This document shows positions 33,439 to 42,159 of a stretch of 64,000 bases of DNA, one piece after another. Source of the stretch: Bacillota bacterium. GTDB taxonomy: Bacteria > Bacillota > Sulfobacillia > JAJZYS01 > JAJZLH01. Where the stretch lies: NCBI GenBank assembly GCA_021827745.1, contig JAKAUI010000035.1:1953-65952 (forward strand), in the 5' to 3' direction. Each line of letters opens with the position of its first letter. Within the stretch, counting starts at the first letter, position 1. The position numbers and the translations under genes are program-made. The notes under the pieces were generated by a model. It was not told where the DNA came from. It saw only the letters and a program-made list of their open reading frames with translations, and ran no database searches.

Positions 33439-34545
33439 ATGCAGGAAATGACAGATGCGCAGCGTTCCCCCTTCGACCGCCTGAGGCTGGGCGAGCCCTG
33501 CCATGTCGTCGTCCGTCGCTGCTGGCCGCTGATGGTGGCGGGACTGACCCTGGAGAGCGAGGCAGGCAGGGTCCCCGAACTGCCGCGCGAGGATCTGGCG
33601 ACCATCCCAGGCTGGCCCGTCCTGCGCGGGCTTCTCGTCCACGGGATGGTACTGCGCGACACCCTGGCCGCTGAGCCGTCGACCGACCTCGATGCCATCC
33701 ACACCGTGGCCGGCCTGATCGACTGGCTAGAGCAGCGCGGAGTCGACTGGTGGCATGAGCTGTTAGCCGACGGCGCCAGCCGGGGATGGGCATTTTACTG
33801 CCAGGCGGCCGACTCGGAACCGGAGCGCAGGAGACGGCTCGGCCAGTGGGCCAAGGGCGGCGAAGCGCCCGGCTGGTGGCACGACCACAGCCTGTTCGAT
33901 CAGCGGGTGCGCGCCCAGGCTCTCCTCTGGGAGATCACGGAGCAGGAGCTCGTGCCCCTGCTGTCTGACCGCGCGCAGGCCCTCGCCATCGTGGCCAAGG
34001 TGCTGCAGCCGGCCGCCCGCCTGATCGACGCAGCCACGCCGAGGCTGGGCCGCAGCGAGCGCAGCGTGGCGCCGGACCTGGCCCAGGCCTTTTGGACGAT
34101 GACGGGCCGACCGCTGACCGGGATGACGGCCGACGAGCTGTCAGGAGTGCGTCACCTGGTGGTGGTGCCCACGCCAGGGCTCGCTCGCCAGGACGCCGTA
34201 TCGGTCGCCCGCCGACCGGACAGATGGACGGTGTGGGTGGGGGCCGAGGCGGCCGACCTGGGGGCGAAGCCGGCTGACGTCAGCCGGATCCTGGCTGCCC
34301 TCGGAGACGACCTGAACGCCCAGATCGTCGAGAATTTGTCGACCCAGGGACCCGCCCACGCCCTTTTGCTCGCCGACCGCCTGCCCGCCCATCCCTCCAC
34401 ATTGAGCCGGCATCTCAACGCCATGGCCGATGCGGGCGTATTGCGCGTCCGGCCCCAGGGCCACAAGGTGGTGTACCATCTGAACCCACAGGCTCTGGAC
34501 CGCCTGGCGAACTGGGTGCGGCAGCTGAACACCGACGAGTCCTGA
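33439..34545 (+). CDS. Regulator with a C-terminal ArsR-type winged HTH and a long uncharacterised N-terminal domain (about 270 aa)
   Basis: The C-terminus ILAALGDDLNAQIVENLSTQGPAHALLLADRLPAHPSTLSRHLNAMADAGVLRVRPQGHKVVYHL is ArsR-like. No motif recognised in the N-terminal part. Confidence 0.65.
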   Translation: MQEMTDAQRSPFDRLRLGEPCHVVVRRCWPLMVAGLTLESEAGRVPELPREDLATIPGWPVLRGLLVHGMVLRDTLAAEPSTDLDAIHTVAGLIDWLEQRGVDWWHELLADGASRGWAFYCQAADSEPERRRRLGQWAKGGEAPGWWHDHSLFDQRVRAQALLWEITEQELVPLLSDRAQALAIVAKVLQPAARLIDAATPRLGRSERSVAPDLAQAFWTMTGRPLTGMTADELSGVRHLVVVPTPGLARQDAVSVARRPDRWTVWVGAEAADLGAKPADVSRILAALGDDLNAQIVENLSTQGPAHALLLADRLPAHPSTLSRHLNAMADAGVLRVRPQGHKVVYHLNPQALDRLANWVRQLNTDES

Positions 34546-34617
34546 GGGCGCCGTTGCAGGGTCTGGACAGAGCCGCTTTGGGAATCGGGACCAGCCTGTT
34601 TAGTGGAGGGGTCAGCC

Positions 34618-35583
34618 GTGCGGGTTACAGGAATCCACCATGTCTCCTCCCTGACCGCCCATGCGAAGGAGAACCTGGCCTTTTACACAGGTGTGCTCGG
34701 CATGCGGCTGGTCAAGAAGACGGTCAATCAAGATGACGTCTCTTCGTACCATCTGTTCTACGGAGACGAGATTGGGAGCCCCGGCACCGAGCTCACCTTC
34801 TTCGACATCCCGCACGCCGGCGCCAACCAGCCTGGCAGCCGCTCGATCTCCAGCATCGGCCTGACGGTGGGCGACCGTGCCGCCCTTGGGTACTGGCAGG
34901 CCCGACTGGCCGAATGGGGCGTCGACCACGACCCGATCGGCTCTGTTGCCGGCCGACCGACGCTGGCGTTTCGGGACCCGGAAGGTCTGCGCCTGGTACT
35001 GACCGTCGACGAAGACAGCCCAGGCCGAAAGACGCCGTGGCCAAAGAGCCCGGTGCCCGCCGAGGCGGCGATCTTGGGCCTGGGGCCGATCACCCTGACC
35101 GTGGGTGAGGGGACGCAGACCGGCCGTCTGCTGACAGAGCTGATGGGATTCGAAGAGCGTGCGTCGCGGGAAGCGGCGCTGGACCACGGTGGCGAGCGAC
35201 GCGTCTTCACAACCGGCAGCGGCACCGCCGCTGAAGAGGTGCACCTTGAGGTCAGGCCTGAGCTTGCGACGGAGCGGCTGGGCTCTGGCGGAACCCACCA
35301 TGTGGCCTTTCGGGTCCCGGACGAGGAGCAGCACCGGGCGTGGCTCGATCTCTTGGAGCGTGCCGGCGTGCGAAACTCCGGCCTGATCGACCGCTACTAT
35401 TTTCGGTCCATCTACTTTCGCGAGCCGTCTGGCATCCTGTTCGAACTGGCCACCGACGGCCCTGGCTTCCTGACCGACGAGGATGCCGACCGCCTGGGAG
35501 AACGCCTCTCCCTGCCGCCGTTCCTGGAGTCCCGGCGCGCCGAGATCGAAGCGCATCTTCCGGCCCTGGAACTGCCGAGGTGA
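34618..35583 (+). CDS. VOC-superfamily ring-cleaving dioxygenase, MhqO/MhqA-like
   Basis: GIHHVSSLTAHAKENLAFYTGVLGMRLVKKTVNQDDVSSYHLFYGDEIGSPGTELTFF and YYFRSIYFREPSGILFELATDGPGF closely parallel Bacillus MhqO. GTG 34618 follows GGAGGGG. Confidence 0.8.
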   Translation: MRVTGIHHVSSLTAHAKENLAFYTGVLGMRLVKKTVNQDDVSSYHLFYGDEIGSPGTELTFFDIPHAGANQPGSRSISSIGLTVGDRAALGYWQARLAEWGVDHDPIGSVAGRPTLAFRDPEGLRLVLTVDEDSPGRKTPWPKSPVPAEAAILGLGPITLTVGEGTQTGRLLTELMGFEERASREAALDHGGERRVFTTGSGTAAEEVHLEVRPELATERLGSGGTHHVAFRVPDEEQHRAWLDLLERAGVRNSGLIDRYYFRSIYFREPSGILFELATDGPGFLTDEDADRLGERLSLPPFLESRRAEIEAHLPALELPR

Positions 35584-36257
35584 CCGGACCAGACGAGACG
35601 CGCCCAGCGGTGGCGCTTGGCTTCATCCATCGCGCCGTCCCAGGCGCGCTCGGTGCGGACGGCCCGACCCTCGTTCTCCTGCACGGCACCGGTGGCGATG
35701 AGCAGGACCTCTTGCCGCTGGCGGCCCGGCTGGCGCCCGGGGCCAACTTGCTCGGTGTCCGAGGGAAGGTGCAGGAAGGCGGTCTGGCCCGGTACTTCAG
35801 ACGCCTTGGCGAGGGCGTCTTCGATCAAGAAGACGTCATGGCGCGAGCGGCCGAACTGGCCGCATTCCTGCCTGCCGCTGCCCGTTCCTACGGCTTTGAC
35901 GGTCGCCTCTTCGCCGTCGGCTACTCGAATGGTGCGAATATGGCGGCCGCCCTTCTCTTGTTGCAGCCAGGACTGTTGAAGGGAGCTGTCTTGTTCCGGG
36001 CGATGCTGCCACTCACCGCACCAGCGCAGGTGGATTTGGCTGGGACAGCGGTGCTGATCAGCAACGGCCAGAGCGACCCGCTCACTAGCAAAGAGCGGGC
36101 TCAGGAGCTGTCCCGGGTGCTCAGCAACTGTGGCGCGACCGTCACCACGAAGTGGCAGAAGTCTGGACATGGCCTGGTGGAAGGGGATCTCACCGATGGT
36201 GCCACCTGGTTAGGGTGGCACTGCGGGGCCAGCCAGCGGGGACCAGCCGATTCCTGA
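35580..36257 (+). CDS. Phospholipase/carboxylesterase-family alpha/beta hydrolase, MhqD-like
   Basis: ORF 35340.. trimmed to GTG 35580 (GTGA overlap with the upstream stop). LVLLHGTGGDEQDLLPLA, nucleophile elbow GYSNGANM. Confidence 0.75.
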   Translation: MTGPDETRPAVALGFIHRAVPGALGADGPTLVLLHGTGGDEQDLLPLAARLAPGANLLGVRGKVQEGGLARYFRRLGEGVFDQEDVMARAAELAAFLPAAARSYGFDGRLFAVGYSNGANMAAALLLLQPGLLKGAVLFRAMLPLTAPAQVDLAGTAVLISNGQSDPLTSKERAQELSRVLSNCGATVTTKWQKSGHGLVEGDLTDGATWLGWHCGASQRGPADS

Positions 36258-36358
36258 ATGGGTTCAGACGGGAACGTTAAGAGAGGACTCGAAGTCGAGG
36301 AAGAGGGCAGTTGGGCACAGGGAGGCGGCGGAGGGGGGTGAGTTGCGTTCGGCGCCAG

Positions 36359-38299
36359 ATGCCTGAGCCGGTTTTGCTCATCTGTTTGGCAGTCTTGGTC
36401 GGCGGCGTAGGCGGAGTGGGAGCCGTTATCTTCCGGGTGATGATCAATGCGGCCGGAGCAGGCCTTGGATTCATTGTCCACGGCGCTCTGCGGTTACCTC
36501 CGGCTGGCCGCCTGATCGAGCCTGTGCTAGGTCTGATGGCCGTGGGTGTGATTACCACCTACTTTGCCCGAGAGGTGAGGGGGCACGGCGTGCCCCAGAT
36601 TCTAGAGGCAGTGGCACTTCACGGTGGCCGGATCCGCAAGCGAGTCGGGTTTTGGGGCATCGTGGCACCCGCCATCACCATTGGCGCTGGCGGTTCGGTG
36701 GGGCGTGAGGGTCCGATCGCCCTGATCGGAGCCGCGTTCGGCTCCACTCTCGGCCAGCTGATGAAACTGGCCGACCGCTACACCATGCTGTTGGTTGGCG
36801 CCGGGGCGGCCGCCGGGATCGGCGCCACTTTCAACGCTCCGATTGCCGGCGCCCTGTTCGGCATGGAGGTGGTGCTGGGCAGTTATGCGATGGGCACATT
36901 GGTGCCGTGCATGGTGGCGTCGGTAGTCGGGGTGACCGTGTTCAACGCCATTTTGGGCAATCATCTGGCCTTGCCGCTGCCGAATCTCGCCTTTCGCTCC
37001 CCCTTCTCCATCGTGGTGATGGCGGTGGTGGGAATCCTGGCAGGTCTGTGCGCCGTGGTGTATACCCGCGGGTTGACTTGGGCGGAAGATCTCTTCAACC
37101 GGCACCGTCTGCAGTTCTGGCACAAGGCGCTGATCGGTGGCTTGGTGGTTGGTGCCATCGGACTGGGCCTGCCCCAGGTGCTGGGGGTGGGATACGGCCC
37201 GATGGAGCTGGTCGGACTGGGCAAGATCGCGGGCATGATGGTACTGCTCTTGCTGGTTGCCAAGTTCGTGGCAACGATTACCACCATCGGTGCTGGAGGC
37301 TCAGGCGGGGTATTCGCCCCCAGTCTGTACCTTGGCCTGATGCTCGGCACAACGGTGGGCACTGCCGCACACGGACTGTTTCCTGGATCCTTGGCGGATG
37401 CGCGCAGTTTCGGGGTGGCGGGGATGGGGGCCGTGTTTGCAGCTGCAGCCCAGGCTCCACTGACAGCGGCTGTCATCGTCCTTGAGATGACCGGTGCCTA
37501 CCATCTCACGCTGGGCGTGGCGATGGCGTCTGCAATCGCCTACTTCCTGTACGGATCCTTGCAGCGGGACACCATGTATACGGTACGGCTTAGCCGACGC
37601 GGCATTCGCATCCTGCGTGGCTCCGAGGTGCGCCCGCTGGAGACGATGTCGGTACGGACCGCAATGAGGCCGGTAACCGTTCGCCTGACTGGAGCGAATA
37701 GTCTGCTCGAGGCCCAGGAAGCGATGGGGAAGCTGCACGCCGACGCCATTTTGATCGAGGACCCAGATGGCACCTACCAGGGCATGCTGGAGGCCCCCAC
37801 CGTGCTCTCCGCACCTTCTCAAGGCTCGCTCCGCGACCCCATCTCTTCGGTGGCCCTGAACCGGGTCCCGGCGCTCCGAGCGGACGATAGTCTGGACGAC
37901 GCGATGCGGTGCTTCGCGCTCTATGACACCGAGATCCTGCCCGTCACCAACGAGGGTAAGTTGGTCGGTGTGCTCAGCCGTGGGGGCGTGATGCAGTCAT
38001 ACCAGGCACACACCACGCTCAGCCTGGAGACCCGTCAGAAGGTGGCGCTGCTCAGGCAGAGTGATCTCGAACCCGGAGCCCTGCGCGTGCTGATGGTGGG
38101 AGGCCAAAGCGAAGCAGTCGGGGTGGCGATCAAGGACCTGAAGATTCCGCAGCACTTGGTGATCGTGGCCATCGAGCGGGGTACCCAGGTGGTGATCGCC
38201 AAGGGCGATACGACGATTGAAGCGGATGACCGGTTGATGGTCTACGCCAATCCGCCAGACGAGGTGGACGATTTCGCTAGGTATCTGACTGGGCGTTAA
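36359..38299 (+). CDS. ClC-family chloride channel/antiporter with a C-terminal CBS pair and a TrkA_C (RCK_C) domain
   Basis: GSVGREGP, GIGATFNAPIAGALFGMEV, GGVFAPSLYLG. CBS-like region at 37.6-38.0 kb. The tail VGVAIKDLKIPQHLVIVAIERGTQVVIAKGDTTIEADDRLMVYA is TrkA_C-like. Confidence 0.85.
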   Translation: MPEPVLLICLAVLVGGVGGVGAVIFRVMINAAGAGLGFIVHGALRLPPAGRLIEPVLGLMAVGVITTYFAREVRGHGVPQILEAVALHGGRIRKRVGFWGIVAPAITIGAGGSVGREGPIALIGAAFGSTLGQLMKLADRYTMLLVGAGAAAGIGATFNAPIAGALFGMEVVLGSYAMGTLVPCMVASVVGVTVFNAILGNHLALPLPNLAFRSPFSIVVMAVVGILAGLCAVVYTRGLTWAEDLFNRHRLQFWHKALIGGLVVGAIGLGLPQVLGVGYGPMELVGLGKIAGMMVLLLLVAKFVATITTIGAGGSGGVFAPSLYLGLMLGTTVGTAAHGLFPGSLADARSFGVAGMGAVFAAAAQAPLTAAVIVLEMTGAYHLTLGVAMASAIAYFLYGSLQRDTMYTVRLSRRGIRILRGSEVRPLETMSVRTAMRPVTVRLTGANSLLEAQEAMGKLHADAILIEDPDGTYQGMLEAPTVLSAPSQGSLRDPISSVALNRVPALRADDSLDDAMRCFALYDTEILPVTNEGKLVGVLSRGGVMQSYQAHTTLSLETRQKVALLRQSDLEPGALRVLMVGGQSEAVGVAIKDLKIPQHLVIVAIERGTQVVIAKGDTTIEADDRLMVYANPPDEVDDFARYLTGR

Positions 38300-38357
38300 C
38301 CTTGAGGTCCCGGCCGTGCGCCTTGGCAAACCGTTTCCGATATGGGACAAAGGGAGC

Positions 38358-39731
38358 ATGAATGCGGCAGAGGTCGGCCCCAGCCGGCAGACAGTCAGAC
38401 TTTCTGAGTTGATCGGGGCCCTCTCCAAGGCCCTCGACTTGACGGAGGGCGTGGCCTTCGGCCATGCCCTGCGCTCCTGCCTGATCGGCATGCGCATGGC
38501 CGCGGTGATGGGACTTGGCGACGAAGTCCGCTCGGCACTCTTTTACGCCCTCTTGCTCAAGGACTCCGGATGCTCTTCCAACGCGGCCATGGTCCAGGAG
38601 ATGTTCCTCACAGACGACCTGAGCGCCAAGCACGACCTGAAGATGACCGATTGGACCAAGCCGCTGCAGGCGGTGCGTTACGGGCTGATGGTGGCCGGGC
38701 GCGGCGGCGGACTGATGGCCCGGGTGCGACGGCTGGCCGCACTCGCCCCAGGCGGCCTCGCCCCCGCCAAGCAGCTGGTGGCCGTCCGCTGCACGCGGGG
38801 CGCCGAGATCGTCCATATGATGTCGTTCCCGAATCAGACCGCAGAAGCCATTCGGTCGCTGGACGAGCACTGGGACGGCCGGGGCTATCCGGATGGGTTG
38901 AAAGGGGAGCAGATTCCGCTTTTGGCCCGCATCGCCTGCCTCAGTCAGACCGTCGAAGTCTTTCGGGCGTCCGCCGGCCCGGATGCGGCGCTGGCCATGG
39001 CTCGGCGCCGCAGCGGCACCTGGTTCGACCCAGCCTTGGTCAAGGTGCTGCTCGATGTGGCCAAAGAAGACGAATTCTGGCGGCTTCTGGACGCCGATCG
39101 GCCAGTCGTGATGGCTGCCGTGTCGACGCTCGAGCCGGCTGAGATGGCCTACATCGCCGATTCGGATCGGATCGACAAGGTGGCACTGGCCTTCGCCCAG
39201 ATCATCGACGCCAAGTCGCCCTACACCTATCGCCACTCCGAGGGCGTGGCCAAGTATGCCGTGGCGATTGCCCAGGAGCTCGACTTTTCACCCGCCCAGG
39301 TCCGTGAGATGCAGCTGGCGGGGCTGCTGCACGACATCGGCAAGCTGGGCGTGCCGAACATGATCCTGGACAAGGCTGGCCCGCTGACTGCAGAGGAGAG
39401 GGACGTGGTGCGCCGCCATCCGCGCTACTCGTGCGAGATCCTGTCGGAGGTGGAGGCATTTTCAGGCCTGGCTGACGTGGCTGCGGTGCACCATGAACGG
39501 ATCGACGGCAAGGGCTATTATCGGGGGGTGGCGCTTTCGGACTATCCGGCGGCCCACCGGACTCTGCCGGTGGCCGACATCTACGAGGCGCTCACCGCCA
39601 ACCGGCCCTACCGCGAGGCGATGAGCCAGGAGGCGGCCGTGTCGCTCTTGCGCAGGGATGCCGGAACCGGTGTCTGTCCCCATGCGTTGGGTGCCCTGGA
39701 AGCGGCCTTGGAAAAGGGAGAGGTGGCGTAA
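38358..39731 (+). CDS. Tandem HD-GYP-type (HD_5) domain protein with no receiver domain
   Basis: Domain 1: LLKDSGCS (HD position degenerate) ... DEHWDGRGYPDGL. Domain 2: LLHDIGKLGVP ... HHERIDGKGYYRGV. ATG 38358 follows AAAGGGAG. Confidence 0.8.
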   Translation: MNAAEVGPSRQTVRLSELIGALSKALDLTEGVAFGHALRSCLIGMRMAAVMGLGDEVRSALFYALLLKDSGCSSNAAMVQEMFLTDDLSAKHDLKMTDWTKPLQAVRYGLMVAGRGGGLMARVRRLAALAPGGLAPAKQLVAVRCTRGAEIVHMMSFPNQTAEAIRSLDEHWDGRGYPDGLKGEQIPLLARIACLSQTVEVFRASAGPDAALAMARRRSGTWFDPALVKVLLDVAKEDEFWRLLDADRPVVMAAVSTLEPAEMAYIADSDRIDKVALAFAQIIDAKSPYTYRHSEGVAKYAVAIAQELDFSPAQVREMQLAGLLHDIGKLGVPNMILDKAGPLTAEERDVVRRHPRYSCEILSEVEAFSGLADVAAVHHERIDGKGYYRGVALSDYPAAHRTLPVADIYEALTANRPYREAMSQEAAVSLLRRDAGTGVCPHALGALEAALEKGEVA

Positions 39732-40042
39732 TGGCGGAGTCGGGAAGCGACGGCGAGGGCGGGACAAGGCGCCGTTTTGGACGCAGGGCCTGGGGCGGCG
39801 GTGTGCTGATGGCGCTTGGATTGATCGTGCTCTTCTTGCCGGCGGTGGACGTGCCAGGCTTTGGGGTGGTCACGGTGGCCCAGGCCCGCGGCATCTGCAG
39901 CGGCACGCTCGCTCCGACGGTGCCCATTCCGGCAGCTGCCGTCTGCACCGGCCCCGGCATTGCCTATGTGGCGGCGACCGTGGTGTTTTTGGTCGGCGTG
40001 GCGCTGCTGTCCTGGGGCATCGCCAAGCCGCGGCGAGGCTAA
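39731..40042 (+). CDS. Small hypothetical membrane protein (2 TM, Cys-containing loop)
   Basis: 103 aa. TAATG overlap with the HD-GYP gene's stop. TM segments VLMALGLIVLFLPAV and IAYVAATVVFLVGVALLSWGI. Confidence 0.5.
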   Translation: MAESGSDGEGGTRRRFGRRAWGGGVLMALGLIVLFLPAVDVPGFGVVTVAQARGICSGTLAPTVPIPAAAVCTGPGIAYVAATVVFLVGVALLSWGIAKPRRG

Positions 40043-40062
40043 ACGGAGACCGTGCATGATCA

Positions 40063-40100
40063 GAAGAGGGGCTCGCCGTTGTCGGCGAGCCCCTCTTCTT
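40063..40100. terminator. Bidirectional terminator hairpin between convergent genes
   Basis: Perfect 16-bp stem AGAAGAGGGGCTCGCC-GTTGTC-GGCGAGCCCCTCTTCT. Confidence 0.7.
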
Positions 40101-40125
40101 GTCATGCAGAGAGAGTGCGGACGGG

Positions 40126-40488
40126 TCAGACAGCCGGATTGGCTTCTTGCTGGTTCAAACAGGCGTGGCCGTCTGTGGGATCCGGCTGAATGTAGGTGCG
40201 TCCCCAGTTCTCGACCGCCTGCATCACGCCCTGGAGCGCCACGCCGGCCGGAGTCAGCCGGTAGAGCGTGCGCGGCGGGAAGACCGAGTGCACCTCGCGG
40301 GCGACGACGCCCAAGGTCACCATCTCATCCAGGCGCTGGCTGAGCGTGGCCGGGTTGCAGCCGCCGACCGAACGGGACAGCTCGTTGAAGCCAAGCGGCT
40401 CGTTGAGCAGGGCGCGCACGATGTGGAGCACCCACTTGTGCTGGAGCACTCCGATGGCAGCGTGGACGGGGCAAAAGTCGTCGCTCAT
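40126..40488 (-). CDS. HxlR-family transcriptional regulator
   Basis: CPVHAAIGVLQHKWVLHIVRALLNEPLGFNELSRSVGGCNPATLSQRLDEMVTLGVV...YRLTPAG. Confidence 0.85.
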   Translation of the reverse strand: MSDDFCPVHAAIGVLQHKWVLHIVRALLNEPLGFNELSRSVGGCNPATLSQRLDEMVTLGVVAREVHSVFPPRTLYRLTPAGVALQGVMQAVENWGRTYIQPDPTDGHACLNQQEANPAV

Positions 40489-40531
40489 GGCCAGATCATA
40501 AACCCGATAGAAGACCTTTGCAAACCTATTG

Positions 40532-40550
40532 CACTATGAAATACATAGTG
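40532..40550. promoter_or_regulatory. Palindromic candidate HxlR operator in the divergent promoter region
   Basis: CACTATG-AAATA-CATAGTG, a perfect 7-bp inverted repeat. The outer imperfect arms CCTAT/ATAGG extend it to 40526-40555. The segment is AT-rich. Confidence 0.5.
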
Positions 40551-40593
40551 ATAGGCTGACCTGGAGTCGAAATGTGGTCAGAGGAGGATTCAG

Positions 40594-41106
40594 ATGGTTT
40601 GGGAATTCGATCCGTCTCACACGTCAGCAGAGTTTGCGGTCCGCCACCTGGGGATCATGACCGTGCGCGGGCACATGAATCTGGTGCGCGGCACGCTCGA
40701 GACCGAGGGCGCGAAGGCGGTCGGGGCCGAACTGGTCCTTGACCCGAAGACCATTGACACCCGTGAGCCGAAGCGGGACGCGCACCTGCGTTCACCGGAC
40801 TTTCTCCTGGCGGATGAGCATCCGGAGATCGTGTTCAAGGCGACGGGCATCTCAGGTCAAAGAGACAGCCTGAAGGTCACAGGAGACCTCAGCATCCGCG
40901 GCGTCACCAAGTCGGTCGAGCTGGCCGGCGCCATGACCCCGGAGATCACGGACCACAGGGGCCTGAAGCGCCTGGGCGTCAGCGCCGAGACCACGATCAA
41001 CCGCAAGGACTTCGGCATGGAGTGGAACCACCTTGTCGACAACGCCCTGATGGTTGGCGACGAGGTCAAGATCACGGTCGAGGGGGAGGCCTTCCAGCCC
41101 CAGTAG
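40594..41106 (+). CDS. YceI-family (polyisoprenoid-binding) protein
   Basis: WEFDPSHTSAEFAVRHLGIMTVRGHM, KRDAHLRSPDFL, GDLSIRGVTKSV. Confidence 0.85.
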   Translation: MVWEFDPSHTSAEFAVRHLGIMTVRGHMNLVRGTLETEGAKAVGAELVLDPKTIDTREPKRDAHLRSPDFLLADEHPEIVFKATGISGQRDSLKVTGDLSIRGVTKSVELAGAMTPEITDHRGLKRLGVSAETTINRKDFGMEWNHLVDNALMVGDEVKITVEGEAFQPQ

Positions 41107-41166
41107 ACCGCATCGCCGAGGTTCTCTCGTTGGGGCCGGCCCGCCTGGGTCGGCCCCGGCCTTGTG

Positions 41167-42159
41167 TCAGGGCGTGTCCGGATCCTCCCGGGTCAGCGGG
41201 CGGGCCAGAAGGCGCGAAATCTCATCATGCGGCCGACGGCCCTCGAACAAGATGTGCGCCAGCGAGCTGGCGATCGGCAGCTCGACGCCCGAGCGCCGGG
41301 CCAATGCCAGCGCTGCCCGGGTGGCGAACACGCCTTCGTAGACGTAGGGGGTTGTCGCCATCACCGTCTCCGGAGCCATGCCCCGGCCGATGGCCAGGCC
41401 GAGCGCCCGGTTACGGCTGTGGGTGCTGGTGGCGGTGGCCAGAAGGTCTCCGAGGCCGGCCAGCCCGGCGAAGGTCATCGGCTGCGCTCCCTCGGCCACG
41501 CCCAACCGGAAGATCTCGGCCAACCCGCGGGTCAGGAGGGCCGCCTTCACGTTGTCGCCGAGCCCGAGCCCATCCAGGATGCCGGCGGCGATCGCCAGCA
41601 CGTTCTTCAAGGCACCTGCCAGTTCCACGCCCAATCTGTCGGAGGAGGCGTAGAGGCGAAAGGTGGGACAGGACAAGAGGTCTCGAGCCGAGGCGGCCAC
41701 GGTCGGATCGGGATGGGCGACCACCACCGCCGTGGGCTTGAGCTGGCCCACCTCCTCGGCGTGGCTGGGTCCGGACAGCTGGACCAGGTCGACCCCGAGA
41801 GCCTCGCCAACCTCGCTCATGCGCAGCAGGGACGGAAGCGCCAGTCCCTTGGCCGTCGAGACCGCCACCGCCTCTCCAAGCAAAGAGGCGCTGCGCGCAA
41901 GCGTATCCGCCATCGCCTGCGAGGGCACGGCGAAGATGGCAGCCTGGGCGCCGTCCAGTACCTGGGCCAGATCTTGGCTCACCGTCACCGCAGCCGGGAG
42001 CATGACGCCGGGCAGATACACCTGGTTGGTGCGGGTCTCGGAGAGCTCACGCGCCATCTCCTGGCGCCTGGCAAACAGCCAGGTGTCGTCGCCGCGCTGA
42101 CCGTAGAGAGCCGCCAGGGCGGTGCCAAAGCCCCCAGCCCCGACGATGGCGATCTTCAT
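41167..42159 (-). CDS. gpsA: NAD(P)H-dependent glycerol-3-phosphate dehydrogenase
   Basis: ORF trimmed to ATG 42159 (MKIAIVGAGGFGTALA...). GALKNVLAIAAG, GDLLATATSTHSRNR. ATGA overlap with plsY. Confidence 0.9.
   Translation of the reverse strand: MKIAIVGAGGFGTALAALYGQRGDDTWLFARRQEMARELSETRTNQVYLPGVMLPAAVTVSQDLAQVLDGAQAAIFAVPSQAMADTLARSASLLGEAVAVSTAKGLALPSLLRMSEVGEALGVDLVQLSGPSHAEEVGQLKPTAVVVAHPDPTVAASARDLLSCPTFRLYASSDRLGVELAGALKNVLAIAAGILDGLGLGDNVKAALLTRGLAEIFRLGVAEGAQPMTFAGLAGLGDLLATATSTHSRNRALGLAIGRGMAPETVMATTPYVYEGVFATRAALALARRSGVELPIASSLAHILFEGRRPHDEISRLLARPLTREDPDTP

Noticed and set aside
36258-36358. Possible fluoride (crcB) riboswitch upstream of the ClC gene
   Set aside because: None of the conserved crcB-motif cores could be found; the segment is simply purine-rich.
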